Under the pieces are notes generated by a model that was not told the origin of the DNA, did no database searches, and saw only the letters and a program-made list of their open reading frames with translations. The position numbers and the translations under genes are program-made. A DNA stretch of 64,000 nucleotides from assembly GCA_951406725.2 (NCBI GenBank), contig OX597817.1, positions 14,880,001-14,944,000 on the forward strand, written 5' to 3'. Positions 1 through 11,889 of the stretch are shown in pieces. The stretch's first letter is position 1, and each line of letters opens with the position of its first letter. The DNA comes from Octopus vulgaris (taxonomy: Eukaryota).

Positions 1-410
1 CTAGTATCGATCTATTGCATTTCAATCTGTTTTAGGGTTAGGGGTGGGGGGAAGGGTATCTTTTTTTTCTTCAGAAGTGTATATAAACCCAATCTGTTTC
101 TTAAACGAGGGACATATTCATACGGCACATAATGTTTTTTACCTCAATAGACATAATTGATTGGTTGAAATTGCAGAAATTGAAGAAAAACAACAACAAA
201 TGTCTTACAAACTATAGAATTTTCTCAATAAAGCCAAGAGAAAAAGATGTTTTATAAACACATTCTACCAGTATACGAAGTTTAAAATTTTTTAGTTACC
301 TAGAAATGTTAAAAACTGCCGTTCAAAACGAAAAGATCCTTTTTTTTTTTTTTTTTTTCTGTTCGTAATAAACAAAAGAGTGAATGATATCAAAATCCTT
401 TTTATTGTAG

Positions 411-1082
411 GAATTTCCTGAAAACCCTACCAAAGCCTATGACAGTTTCTGATGACAGACTTATTCGTTGGCATCCGAAGTTCCGATTAGACCAAGTACC
501 TGACATTGAACCTTCCCCTTTACCCCAACCTCCGTATGTCAAGGTTTATCAAACTGCTCATGAGGTTTTAAATGCAACAAGAGGGAAACTGCACCCTAAG
601 GTAAGTTTCAGTTTTTCTTTTCGTTTTGAGGTGGGTAATAGGTTCTTCCTCCTTCCTATGACTGTTGTCTTTGGGTATGGTGTGTCGGTTAAAACTTGTT
701 TCAGAAAAAAATTTAGATATAGAATAGGAGGTCACAACCTAAGAGAAAGCACTTGAGCAATTTTAACTATTTAATGAAGACGTACAAACTAATAATTTTA
801 AGCCACATGGTTGATTTTCCAACTCCTGTTTTGCTCATTATTGTTGATGTGACTAGATGCTGTGGGAGAGGTTGAATGGAATCTTCAGTAAATATTTAAC
901 TTTATATCATAGGCGCAGGAGTGGCTGTGTGGTAAGTAGCTTGCTAACCAACCACGTGGTTCCGGGTTCAGTACCACTGCGTGGCATCTTGGGCAAGTGT
1001 CTTCTGCTATAGCCCCGGGCCGACCAATGCCTTGTGAGTGGATTTGGTAGACGGAAACTGAAAGAAGCCTATCGTATATATG

Positions 1083-1113
<31 letters not shown>

Positions 1114-4100
1114 CTGTGTTTGTGCCCCTAGCATTGCTTGACAACCGATGCTGGTGTGTTTATGTCCTGGTTACTTAGCGGTTCGGCAAAAGAGACCGAT
1201 AGAATAAGTACTGGGCTTACAAAAGAATAAGTCCCGGGGTCGAGTTACTCGATTAAAGGCGGTGCTCCAGCATGGCCGCAGTCATATGACTGAAACGAGT
1301 AAAAAGAGAGTATCCATCTGGTAAAAAAAAAAAAAAGAAAACCAGATCAAAACGTTTGTGAAAATTATATTTTCCCTAACTCTTAAAAAGATTATGTTCT
1401 GCACACTTCAAAGTCTTTCGCTAAACAGTTAAAAACTACACTGCGTGCTTTTATCTAGCAATGCCTCATTAAATACAAAAAAAAACAAAATCAAAAAGGG
1501 AAACAACTCTTTCTATTACGCGGTAGATTTCCTGTGACTGAAAAAAAATTGTTGTTTTCTCATTTTCTTTATGAAGCTTTTTGAACCTTTTGTGAGGCAT
1601 TTTGTGATTGAAGCTTGCAAAGTCTAACAGAGTTTGAAAGACATTCGTTCTTGGCAGAAATATCATTGCTAAGAGAATAATTTGTAAATCAAATCTCAGT
1701 AACTGTCAGCATCATTAGTACATTAAATTTTCTTTGATATATGGCCATGCAAACACAAACTCCCTTTTGCCTGTGGATTCAAGATAATTGTAACTGTGAC
1801 ACTAACGGATTCTTACTCTAGTTCAAATGAAGATATGAAGTGATAAAGAAACTGAAATTCCAGTTTCTAAATGACAATGGATAGAAACTCTGACATTGCC
1901 ACATACTGGGGAAAAAAAACTGCCCATCATCAAGATTTGGGTGTACATCATCAAGGATTCCCCTGGTTTTGACTGGTTGTAATGAACCTGAATGGATTGA
2001 TGTTTCAATGGCCATTGCAGCACAAAATTTGCTCTACATTTTAAGTATCTGACTTTATGGATGAAACATATTCAGAACTGGACAGCCTCTTTGCTCATCA
2101 GTGAAGAAATCTAAACCAATTTGCTGAACTACAATCAGTGCAGATGCTGAGAAGAAAGCTCAAATGTATATACCATCCCAAGAACATTTGACACAAAAAC
2201 TGGATGTCAGTTACTAATCTGGATCTTGGAAATTTTCAGCAACCTGCAACATGATATAAGTTAACAAACACTTCAATTTTGAAGAAGTACTGATCTAATG
2301 CATTTCTGATAAAAGGGCGTGTATACTCTTGCTTCATATCAATATCTCAAGATCAGCCAGGAAGGAAAAGATGGAGCTTTTCATCAATTTACTCCTAAAG
2401 AAGTTCTACCCTTCTACTCATTTCAGGCTCTTAGTTTGGGTGATACTATTGGGTCATCCCATAAATAATGCAGTTTTTTTCAATTGCTTGAACTAAAACT
2501 TGGAGTGGGACAGGATAAACTACTGGCATCAACTTGCTATAAAAGTAAGTAGTAATTTTACCATGACTTTCAAACTTATAATGGAAGTGACAAAGGACCA
2601 TATTTTGTTTTATGAGTTCAATAAAGGCAACAATGCAATGGAAAGTGTGAGGAATATTAATGCAGTATATGGGGATCAGACAGTAAGTATAAGCCAATGT
2701 CAACAGTGGTCCCACAAATTCTGAGCCAAAAACTACAACTTGGAAGATCTGTAGAACTTGACAAGGATGTCCTGCAAACCCTGGTGGAACAAAATCCCAT
2801 CGTACCTGTTGAACTAGCAGAGAAGCTTGGATTTGGTCATTCAAGTCAGCACTAGAAGAAAAATTATCATCTTTGGTTTCAAGACAAAAGGTGTTCTTCC
2901 ATCAGGATAATTCATGATTGTGAATAAGGAAGCATTACATTCGACAGTAATCTGAACGCTAAAGGGTTAAAAGCCAGTGGCCATGGTATCAACTTGTACA
3001 CTTACTGATATCATAACCTTGAGAGCTGGTGACAAACTGGTTGTTAATAAGTGCAAAAGACATATGAGAAAGTAATAAATTAGGCCAAAGAGCAAACTGT
3101 ATTGGTTTCCACAGCAGATGTGGAAGGAAATGGAAGTGAAAATTCTTTCTATAGATCATTAAAGTTGCTCACTACAATATTTTCATTCTCTTCATTATAC
3201 CCAAAAGAAATCTTCAAACAGTGCTTAACTCACCCGGTTTGGGACAAGGCAGCAGTTCACCTTACACAACAAATGCATGATGACCTCATCATCATCATCA
3301 TCATCATTTAACGTCCGCTTTCCATGCTAGCATGGGTTGGACGGTTCAACTGGGGTCTGGGAAGCCCAAAGGCTGCACCAGGCCAGTCAGATCTGGCAGT
3401 GTTTCTACGGCTGGATGCCCTTCCTAATGCCAACCACTCCGTGAGTGTAGTGGGTGCTTTTTATGTGCCACCGACACAGGTGCCAGACGAGGCTATGCCT
3501 TCCATTCTACATTCTTTTAAAAGAATGCAGGATATACATTTTCCACTCTGGCGCAAACGGAGGAAAGAGGCTAATGTGCAGTAGCTCAAACAAGAGTCTG
3601 CACATGCTTTTATTGTAGTGGTTGTTCAAATAAGATGCATCTTCAACCAAAGGAGTCCTGTTGTAAGTATCATAGAGAAGTGCATATATATGAGACGTTT
3701 TGAGAGTTACCAGAGTACAAGAGTCACCTTGGAACTTGTATCAGCACTTGGTTAATTTTTAATGAATTTTCTTGATTATGTAAAAGTAAATGAAGATGCA
3801 CAAATTGGGTCATTTTACCAAGGGAGGATATATTTTGGAATTAGGTGGGCTGTGTGGTAAGTAGCTGGCTTACCAACCACCTGGTTCCGGGTTCAGTCCC
3901 ACTGCGTGGCATCTTGGGCAAGTGTCTTCTACTATAGCCTCGGGCCGACCAAAGCCTTGTGAGTGGATTTGGTAGATGGAAACTGAAAGAAGCCCGTCGT
4001 ATATATATGTGTGTGTGTGCGTGTATGTTTGTATGTCTGTGTTTGTCCCTGTAACTTAGCGGTTCGGCAAAAGAGACCGATAGAATAAGTACTGGGCTTA

Positions 4101-7100
4101 CAAAGAATAAGTCCTGGGGGTCGATTTGCTCGACTAAAGGTGGTGCTCCAACATGGCCGCAGTCAAATGACTGAAACAAAAGAGTAAAGAGAGAGTATAT
4201 GCTGTTTGCATTTCCTCACAAAATAAATTTTCTACTTGCACATCATTTGCCATAGACATACAATGTCACTAACAAGTATACCTTTCTTTTATTGTTTTCT
4301 GAAACTGCAGAGTTGGAAAATTTTCAGTCTAAAACTTATTTTTTTTATTTCGTTAGGTGGAAAGTGCTTTGATAAATGTTTCAAAGGCTAATAGCTCACC
4401 CAATAAACCATCTACACCAAAAGTTGATATATCAATCAAAGGAATCCCCTCTGGGTTACTTGAAAGAGTAAGTATTATTTATTATTTATTTTCGTGTATT
4501 GATTAATACCTTTAATATTCAACCACTTTCTCAGCCGTCCAAGAATTTGGACCTGGAGATCTCCATTTCCAGCCACTTCGAGGGCCACCTCCCAGTGGTG
4601 TCAGGTGTCAACGAAGAGCCCTCGACTACAACAAGAGGTCCAAAGTTTTTTTCTTTTCCAAGGTCTGGGGTCTCCTGCCCCTAAGCCCTAGACCATCACA
4701 TAATCACCCTTACCCGTCTTGTTGCTTAATAACAACAACCACTTTCTCACCTTGCTTATTCTATCTGCTATACTTGATGTTAATTTTTACCATACCAGTA
4801 TGAGTCTCTTTCAGTAAATTTGATATATATCACCCTAGACAAATTTCACAATATTTAAAATGTAATGATGGAATTTTACATTGTAATTTATATAGTTGTA
4901 TCCCTTCTATGTTGTTCTTGGTATTTGTATATTTTATGATATACCATTTACCATCTGTATTCTATTATTTCTATATCAACTTTATTCCGTTTTTGACATC
5001 CCATAATTTTACCCGAATTAGTTTTTAATGCAATGCACTTTTGGATTTTATAATTCAACTATCCTAACATGTTTTAAATCGTTTTCAATAGCTACTTATA
5101 CATTAACCCTTTAGTATTTAAACCAGCCATATCCGGCCAAAATAGTTAATCCGTTTTATGTTCAAACTGACCAGATCCAGGCTCTCACACCTACCCTACA
5201 ATGCTATTCTACATTAAGTAATTGCACCATCAAGATCTTGAGGATATGAGATAATGCATGATTAATTCAAATCAATGGGAATCAATAGGCATTATGTTTG
5301 ATAGAATAATCAGAACACTAAAGGGTTAAAGCTACATTATCTTAAACCATATTTAAATTTTATCAAACATGTTTCTTTGTAATATAAAAGTAAAGTTCTA
5401 TGAAATAATTTGACTTCACAAACGCATGGCTTGGGGTTCAGTTCCACTGCATGGCATCTTGGGCAAGTGTCTCCAATTATAGCCCTGGGCCAAGTGAATT
5501 TGAGAGATATGAACTTTAGAAAGTGTGTCGCATACATGTATATCTGTGAATGTTAACATTCCATGACTTCACTTGAGTAAGCATTTCTTGTTGTCATTAC
5601 GACCGACCACGAGCTCCATATTTTCGAAAACCAATTGACTAAAAAATACATTCTTATTCTTAAAAATGGGTAATGGTTGGTAACAGGGGCAACATCCAGC
5701 CATAAGACCTTACCTCAAATACATACTAGCATGGAAAGACCAAAGTCAAACAAATAAAAGTGTTTCTTTACCAGCCTTAGGGTTTTCTTCTTTGGAGATG
5801 GGGACTTAATGATCTGAATTATCCCAAGTTTCCCTCCCTTCTCAAGAGATAAAATGTAAAAATTTCTTCTGATAGTATTTGGATTCTAGACAGATGACAA
5901 CACTTTTAGAAGAACAAAAAATAAAAGTTACTCAGTGAAGTATTTTAGTCGTTATCTACTGCATTGAACAACTGAATATGTACTTATATTATTTATACCA
6001 ATACAAAGTATATAAATTTTATACTCTTTAAAATATACTGGCGCAGGAGTGGCTGTGTGGTAAGTAGCTTGCCTACCAACCACATGGTTCCGGGTTCAGT
6101 GCCACCTTGGGCAAGTGTCTTCTGCTATAGCCTCGGCCGACCAATGCCTTGTGAGTGGATTTGGTAGACGGAAACTGAAAGAAGCTTGTCGTATGTGTGT
6201 CTGTGTTTACGTCCCCGTCACTTAGCGGTTCGGCAAAAGAGACTGATAGAATAAGTACTGGGCTTACAAAGAATAAATCCCGGGGTCGAGTTGCTCGATT
6301 AAAAAAGGCGGTGCTCCAGCATGGCTGCAGTCAAATGACTGAAACAAGTAAGAGAGTAAGAGTATACAGTAATAGTAAAGAGAACATTTGCATGTTGTTA
6401 GTGTTATTTCTCTACCACAAAAACTTTTTTTTTTTTTTTTTTTTTGTTAATTACAATGTAAAATTTTTTCTGGTTTTAAACATTTCAGATCCGGGCAAAG
6501 GAAACAAAACGTTTAGAAGAAACCATTACTCAAACTCCTTTAAAAGCTCAGAGAGAAGCAATGCTGAAACGACTGCCTACTATTTATCGTATTATGCGAA
6601 CGTATCCTTAAAATTCTGCATCAATGTATCTTCAGAGATAATCAGTTTGAATTCTTATTTTATAATTCAGTTGACAGCTTTTCGTAGTTTGTCTGTTGTG
6701 CCATGTAAAAAAGTTTTGGTGATAGAACTACATAAAAAATTTAAAAAACACTTAGTGCCTGGCCTCTGTGCCGGTGGCACGTAAAAAACACCATCCAAGC
6801 GTGGCTGTTCGCCAGCCTCGTCTGGCACCTGTGTCCGTGGCACATAAAAAAAACACCATCCGAGCGTGGCCGTTTGCCAGCCTCGTCTGGCACCTGTGTC
6901 CGTGGCACATAAAAAACACCATCCGAGCGTGGCCGTTCGCAAGCCTCATCTGGCACCTGTGTCGGTGGCACATAAAAAGCACCCACTACACTCACGGAAT
7001 GGTTGGCGTTAGGAAGGGCATCCAGCCATAGAAACACTGCCAGATCAGACTGGGCCTGGTGCAGCCTTCTGGCTTCCCAGACCCCAGTTGAACCGTCCAA

Positions 7101-10100
7101 CCCATGCTAGCATGGAAGGTGGACGTTAAATGATGATGATGACACTCTGTAAAGTTATTGGCATTAGGAAAAGCATCCAAAACAGACTATGGAAGCTGGG
7201 TTGGTGCCTGGTCTTGCCAGTTCCTGTCAAGCCACCCAACCAATGGCAGCATGGAAAACAGACGTTAACTGATGATGTGTTTGACCTCTTTCTGAATCGG
7301 TCCAGGCACTGCTATGTACAAATCATCAGTCTTTTGTCTCCTTGATTGAAGGAATATGGTATCTAAGATATTACAAAGTGTGTGAGTAGCTACATCAAAA
7401 AAGAATGTTAATTCCAGGAATTGAACTCACAACCTCATGATTGTGAGCCCAATGCTCTATAGAGGCATTAGTGATGGAAATAAGATAATTAGTTCCATAA
7501 ATATCTTGAGTTCTCTGCAATGTAGTTTCTAACTGTGCTTAAGAAGTTTGCTTCCTAACTGCATGGTTTTGGCTGTGGCACCTTAGGCTATTGCCTTTTA
7601 CTATATACTCTGTACCGTATATATACTAGTATACTATGTACCGTCCAACCCGTGCTAGCGTGGAAAACGGACGTTAAACGATGATGATGATGATGACTCA
7701 GGCCAGCCAAGGCTTTGTGAATGGATTTGGTAGACAGAAACTGGAAAAAAGCTTGTGTGTGTGTGCATGCATGCAAACATGTCCTTGTTTTGACTATCCC
7801 ATGATAGTTATAAATATGCATCACTGTCATACAAACTGTCACACAATCCCAGTTTTCTGAGAAATTATTATCTTGCTTAGGCATGGCTGTGTGGTAAGAA
7901 GCTTGCTTCCCAACCACATGGTTCTGGGTTCAGTCCCACGTGGCACCTTGAACAAGTATCTTCTGCTGTAGCCTCAAGCCAAGCAAAGCCTTGTGAGTGG
8001 TTTTGGTAGATGGAAGCTGAAAGAAGCCCATTGTATATATATTTATATTTGTGTGTGTGTGCCTTTGTGGGTGTGTCTATTCCTCCATCACTGCATGACA
8101 GCTGGTGTGAGTGTTTTTACTTCCCAGTAATCTAGCAGTTCAGCAAAGGACATTGATAGAACAAGTGCCAGGCTTAACAAAATTAAGTACTGGGATCAAT
8201 TCATTCAGCTAAAAATTCTTCAAGGCGGTGCCCCAGCATGGCTGCAGTCTAATGACTGAAACAAGTAAGAGATAAAAGATTGCTTGGAAACATGTGCGGA
8301 TTGGTGACAGCAAGAGCATCCAGCCATAGGAAATCTGCTTCAGTGAATTCCATCCAACCCATGTGAGCATAGAAAAGTAAGCATTAAAATGATAATGACA
8401 CTATACTTGATAAGAATCCATTCTGTATTGGTGTAAGCATGGCTCTAGGATTAAGAGGTTTGCTTCTCAACCACATGGATTTGGGTTCGGTCCCACTGCA
8501 TGGTACCCTGAACAAGTGCATTTTACTGTAGCCACAGGCCAGCTAAAGCATTGTGAATGGATTTGGTAGACAAAAAACTAAAAGATGCCAGCTGTGTATG
8601 TGTACGTTTGCTTTACATTTGCACTTCTCCAAAAGTTGCTGGGCTACAAGTGAGGACATTGTTCTTTCCCCTGTCACCAGAGTGTCTATTGTATTTGCTC
8701 CTTGGAAAGTGTGTGAAATAACAGATCCCATACATGAAAAATAGGTCAGGTTTAGCAACGAGAAGTGCATCCGGCAATAAAACAATACCTCAAAAACATA
8801 TTCATTTGTCTCATACTAGTATAGAAAAACTGACCTGACGACCAATGAAGAGTTTTTATCTTTATTCAGTTTTTCATTAATGCAAAATAAATTATATCTT
8901 CCAAATTTTTTTTTCCTTAACTGTATCCAAGTTATTTTATTACAGAGAGAAAAACTACTCTTCTTTTTAATGTAGTTGTTGAAAAGATTTGTGAAAGTTA
9001 TACATCCTCAATTTCTAAAGGTATTTATTTCTTTATTTGATATAAAGGTATTACCAATTTTGGAGTTCTCTGGCACTCTATGTTCTAAAGCTGCAGCAAT
9101 TTCGTGATTACATAAATTAATAAATAAAACCAGCTCCATAGTGACATGGAAATATAGTGTATTCTGTGTAACTAATTAATATCTAATGATTTTTCATTGC
9201 TAACTTAACCCCAACTGTCAACTTTTGGTACATTAGATAGACTCTATTTGTTTGCTTTACTTGCTTAGATAGCTACCAACTCCCCTTAAATCACACTTAA
9301 AGATACTACAGATAATGTGTTTCTTGATACACTAAATGGCTAAACAACTTTCAGCTGCTCAATCAAGACTAACTTCAGACTAAACAACAATCACCACTTC
9401 TAGCACTTTTCATCCAGGAAGTAGCAGTCACTTGTCACCTAACCTATTTCACCACAATATTTCCTCACCATCTGGCTTGAGCTCTGTACCAGCTATAAAA
9501 ATATAATTCAAAAGTTTTATTAAGATAGGCATCTGTTCAAAAATGTACCTCAAATAATGTAAGCAGAAAGATCTGATGAAACTGATGATGGCCTGCTTTT
9601 ACAGTTAGTTTTTTTTTTTGTTTTTTTGCCCTTTTCAAGCCTACCCAGGCTAATGGGCCCGGCTTCTTGGTTTCTGTGGCGTATGTGTTCCCCCCAGCTG
9701 GACGGGACACCAGTCCATCACAGCGTTACTCAAGAAACAGGAAGAGAGAGTGAGAGAAAGTTGTGGCGAAAGAGTACAACAAGGGGCGCCACCACTCCCT
9801 GCCGTGGCCTCGTGGAGCTTTTAGGTGTTTTCACTCAATTAAGCACACACAACGCCCGGTCTGGGAATCGAAACCGCAATCCTCCGACCACGAGTCCGCT
9901 GCCCTAACCACTGGGCCATTGCGCCTTCACACAGTATAAATAGTTCAAAAATAGAATAAATTGATTTACTGTGAATAAGAGGAACTGTTTCATTTCATAG
10001 TTTATTTCGGAAATTATTTTGATTTCAGGGTTTATATCAACACATCTGACTACGATGAAATTTATTTTATTTTATTTCATTTCATATTTTTTTCAGTTGA

Positions 10101-10257
10101 TGCTGAAAAGCATTTGGAACTATTGCTAGAAGTAGCACCAAGCTGGATTTCCATGGCCACCACACAGAATGGCAAATACCTAAAACTAAATCGAACAGTT
10201 AAACTGCAAGATGTCCAGGAGAAAATAAATTTGTGCTGTAAAAAATTAACACAGTGA
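411..10257 (+). CDS. CDT1: DNA replication licensing factor CDT1, last five coding exons (5' part lies upstream of the window)
   Basis: Exons 411-600, 4357-4467, 6489-6601, 8932-9020, 10097-10257 (TGA 10255-10257) join in frame with GT-AG ends: ...LIRWHPKFRLDQVPDIEPSPLPQPP...KGIPSGLLER/IRAKE...LKRLPTIYRIMRT/YFITERK...DAEKHLELLLEVAPSWI...YLKL. This matches the metazoan CDT1 C-terminal motifs (RWHPxF, LLERIRAKE, EKHL..L...PDW). Confidence 0.93.
912..1310 (+). mobile_element. tRNA-derived SINE, family A
   Basis: GGCGCAGGAGTGGCTGTGTGGTAAG (A box)...GGTTCAGT (B box-like), CTTGGGCAAGT CORE-like motif, internal (TA)(TG) microsatellite, tail GACTGAAAC.AGTAAAAG. Other copies about 3842-4195, 6040-6365, 7879-8280. 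Confidence 0.85.
2447..2910 (+). mobile_element. Tc1/mariner transposon relic
   Basis: ILFYEFNKGNNAMESVRNINAVYGDQTVS..QCQQW..KF resembles the mariner transposase N-terminal HTH; preceded by a TA and TIR-like TTGGGTCATCCCATAAATAAT. Confidence 0.75.
3286..3495 (-). mobile_element. RTE 3'-end fragment with (GAT)n tail
   Basis: Same GGAGTGGTTGGC..AGGAAGGGCATCCAGC...CCATGCTAGCATGG...GATGAT end as the LINE at 11890-14442. Confidence 0.85.
4534..4735 (+). mobile_element. GC-rich retroposed insert with 14-bp TSD
   Basis: CAACCACTTTCTCA at 4520-4533 and 4736-4749; ends in an AATAACAA tail. Confidence 0.65.
5107..5325. mobile_element. piggyBac-type MITE (second copy 14667-14885)
   Basis: TTAA|CCCTTTAG...CTAAAGGG|TTAA; both copies are 219 bp. 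Confidence 0.85.
6602..8931 (+). other. U12-type (minor spliceosome) GT-AG intron in CDT1
   Basis: Donor GTATCCTTA at 6602; branch site TTCCTTAAC at 8913-8921, with the AG ending at 8931 and no polypyrimidine tract in between. Frame is preserved across the junction (AC|T = Thr). Confidence 0.9.
6756..7141 (+). mobile_element. RTE 3'-end fragment with about 60-bp tandem units
   Basis: Four GTGGCAC.TAAAAA units followed by the conserved tail and GATGAT. Confidence 0.85.
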
Positions 10258-10735
10258 ACATTTCACACAGTTGAATATTTTAGCTGTTTTCTGAAGCTAT
10301 TTTAAACTGCTGCATTTGATTTTAATTAGACTTTCAATGTTTCCTTTAAAAATGCAAAGTTGTGTAACGGCTACCAGTAAATAATGAATATATTTAGTAA
10401 TATCACAAATAAAATCTCACTGATTATTTTAAACTTGACTCCTGCAAAATCAAGAAATACTTTAACATGTCAATAATGTTCACACATATTGATTATAATT
10501 TTAAAACATCAAATCAAGATTATTTTTCATTTTAAATTCAATGTTCATCCCATCATTTGTAGAAACTCTTTCATAATTTAAAAATTTTATTTTTGTTGAA
10601 ATATAAAATTTTCTAAAAATATTTTGAAACGCTGCATTTTATTTTGATTATACTGTCAACATTTCCCTTTGAATAAAGCCATTTAATGGCAGCTATGTAA
10701 ATATATGTATATTTAGTAATATTAAAAATAATTCT

Positions 10736-10960
10736 AAGGTGGTGGGCTGACAGAAATGTTAGCACGCTGGGCGAAATGCTTGGCAGTGTTTCGGCTGTCT
10801 TTAAGGTTCTGAGTTCAAATTCCGCCAAGGTTGACTTTGCTTTCATCCTTTCAGGGTCGATAAATTAAGTACCAGTTGTATACTGGGGTCGATCTGATCA
10901 ACTGGCCCCCCTCCTGCCAAAGAAAATTTCAGGCCTTTTGCCTAGAGTAGAAAAGAATAT
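10736..10960 (+). mobile_element. tRNA-derived SINE, family C (older; relics near 21110-21240, 34260-34400, 37480-37670)
   Basis: GAGTTCAAATTCC B box followed by TTTCATCCTTTCAGGGTCGATAAATTAAGTACCAG central domain. Confidence 0.7.
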
Positions 10961-11297
10961 TAAAAATTTTGATTCTCTTAAGCTTGAATCCTGGAGAATC
11001 AGTACCTTTATAATCTCAGTAATGTTCACACAATTTATCTTGCTTATAATCTTAAAATATCAAATTAAAATGATTTTTCATTTTAATTTCAGTTTTCACA
11101 TATTTGTACAGAAGCTCTTTCATGATTTAAAAATTAAATCAGTTCTGTTTTTAAAATTAAACATTGTACATCTAAACTTATATTCATATTGTTATTTGGT
11201 TCTAACATAACCGTCATGTTAAATGATAATGGCTGTTATTTTTTTATAAGCTTTAGTAATTTTACTGGCTTTTAGGATACTTCTTTCAAGGCTTTTA

Positions 11298-11614
11298 AAA
11301 TCTCATGGAAGCGCCATCCAACCAAAATGCAAAATATATGGGAAACTACCACCTGTGTCATCTCTTGTGAAAGGTAGGAGAGTCCAGTTTGCTGGACATT
11401 GTTGTAGAGCTGAAAACGAGGTAATTTCTACTCTTCTTCTCTGGAAGCCATCTACTCGCAATACCAGAGGGCGCACACTCTCCTACCCTGATGTAATCTC
11501 CAGGGATACAGGCATCCAGCAACAGGACCTCCGTAATGCCATGATGGACCGTGAAGTCTGGCGTAGCATGGTAAATTCCATTGTCTCGACCATGGTTGAA
11601 CAATGATGATGATG
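11298..11614 (+). mobile_element. LINE 3' fragment of a second family (RTE-X-like) with TSD
   Basis: Encodes [11 protein letters not shown]...LLLWKP...AMMDREVWR; (GAT)n tail; TSD AAGGCTTTTA at 11288-11297 and 11615-11624. Confidence 0.8.
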
Positions 11615-11889
11615 AAGGCTTTTAGTAATTTATACCTCACTATTTCAGCTGCTATTTATCAAATGGGCAGAGAACCTATTTTATACAGAGTGCCTCCTTT
11701 TGTATCTGACATACTTTTTAAGATAATTTAATCACTGTGTACAAATATACACCCATGTATACACTTCATGACAAACTTCATATTTGTGAGCAAACTACCA
11801 AATTTCACTTAGAGAAAATTGGTCAGCATGAGGCTGTTATATACAATAAGAGCCAACCTAATTGGTACAGTCATTCAGAGACGTATTAC

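Noticed and set aside
1-338. TTAGGG-containing segment at the window start (also 37735-37750)
   Set aside because: Only about two telomere-like units inside what looks like an interspersed repeat; not a telomeric array, and the class cannot be assigned from the truncated piece.
1680-2400. Coding-like composition here and at about 42100-42900 and 50300-50650
   Set aside because: Only short interrupted frames with no recognisable motif or splice pattern; probably old transposon debris that I cannot classify.
3324-3584. Recurrent ORFs beginning MLAWVGRF... or containing [21 protein letters not shown] (also 15612, 17787, 34374, 38789, 58075)
   Set aside because: Antisense translations of the RTE 3' UTR repeat, with inconsistent frames between copies; not a gene family.
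6770-6990. Regularly spaced GTGGCAC.TAAAAA repeats resembling a CRISPR array
   Set aside because: The intervening sequences are homologous to each other, the context is a eukaryotic LINE UTR and there are no cas genes.
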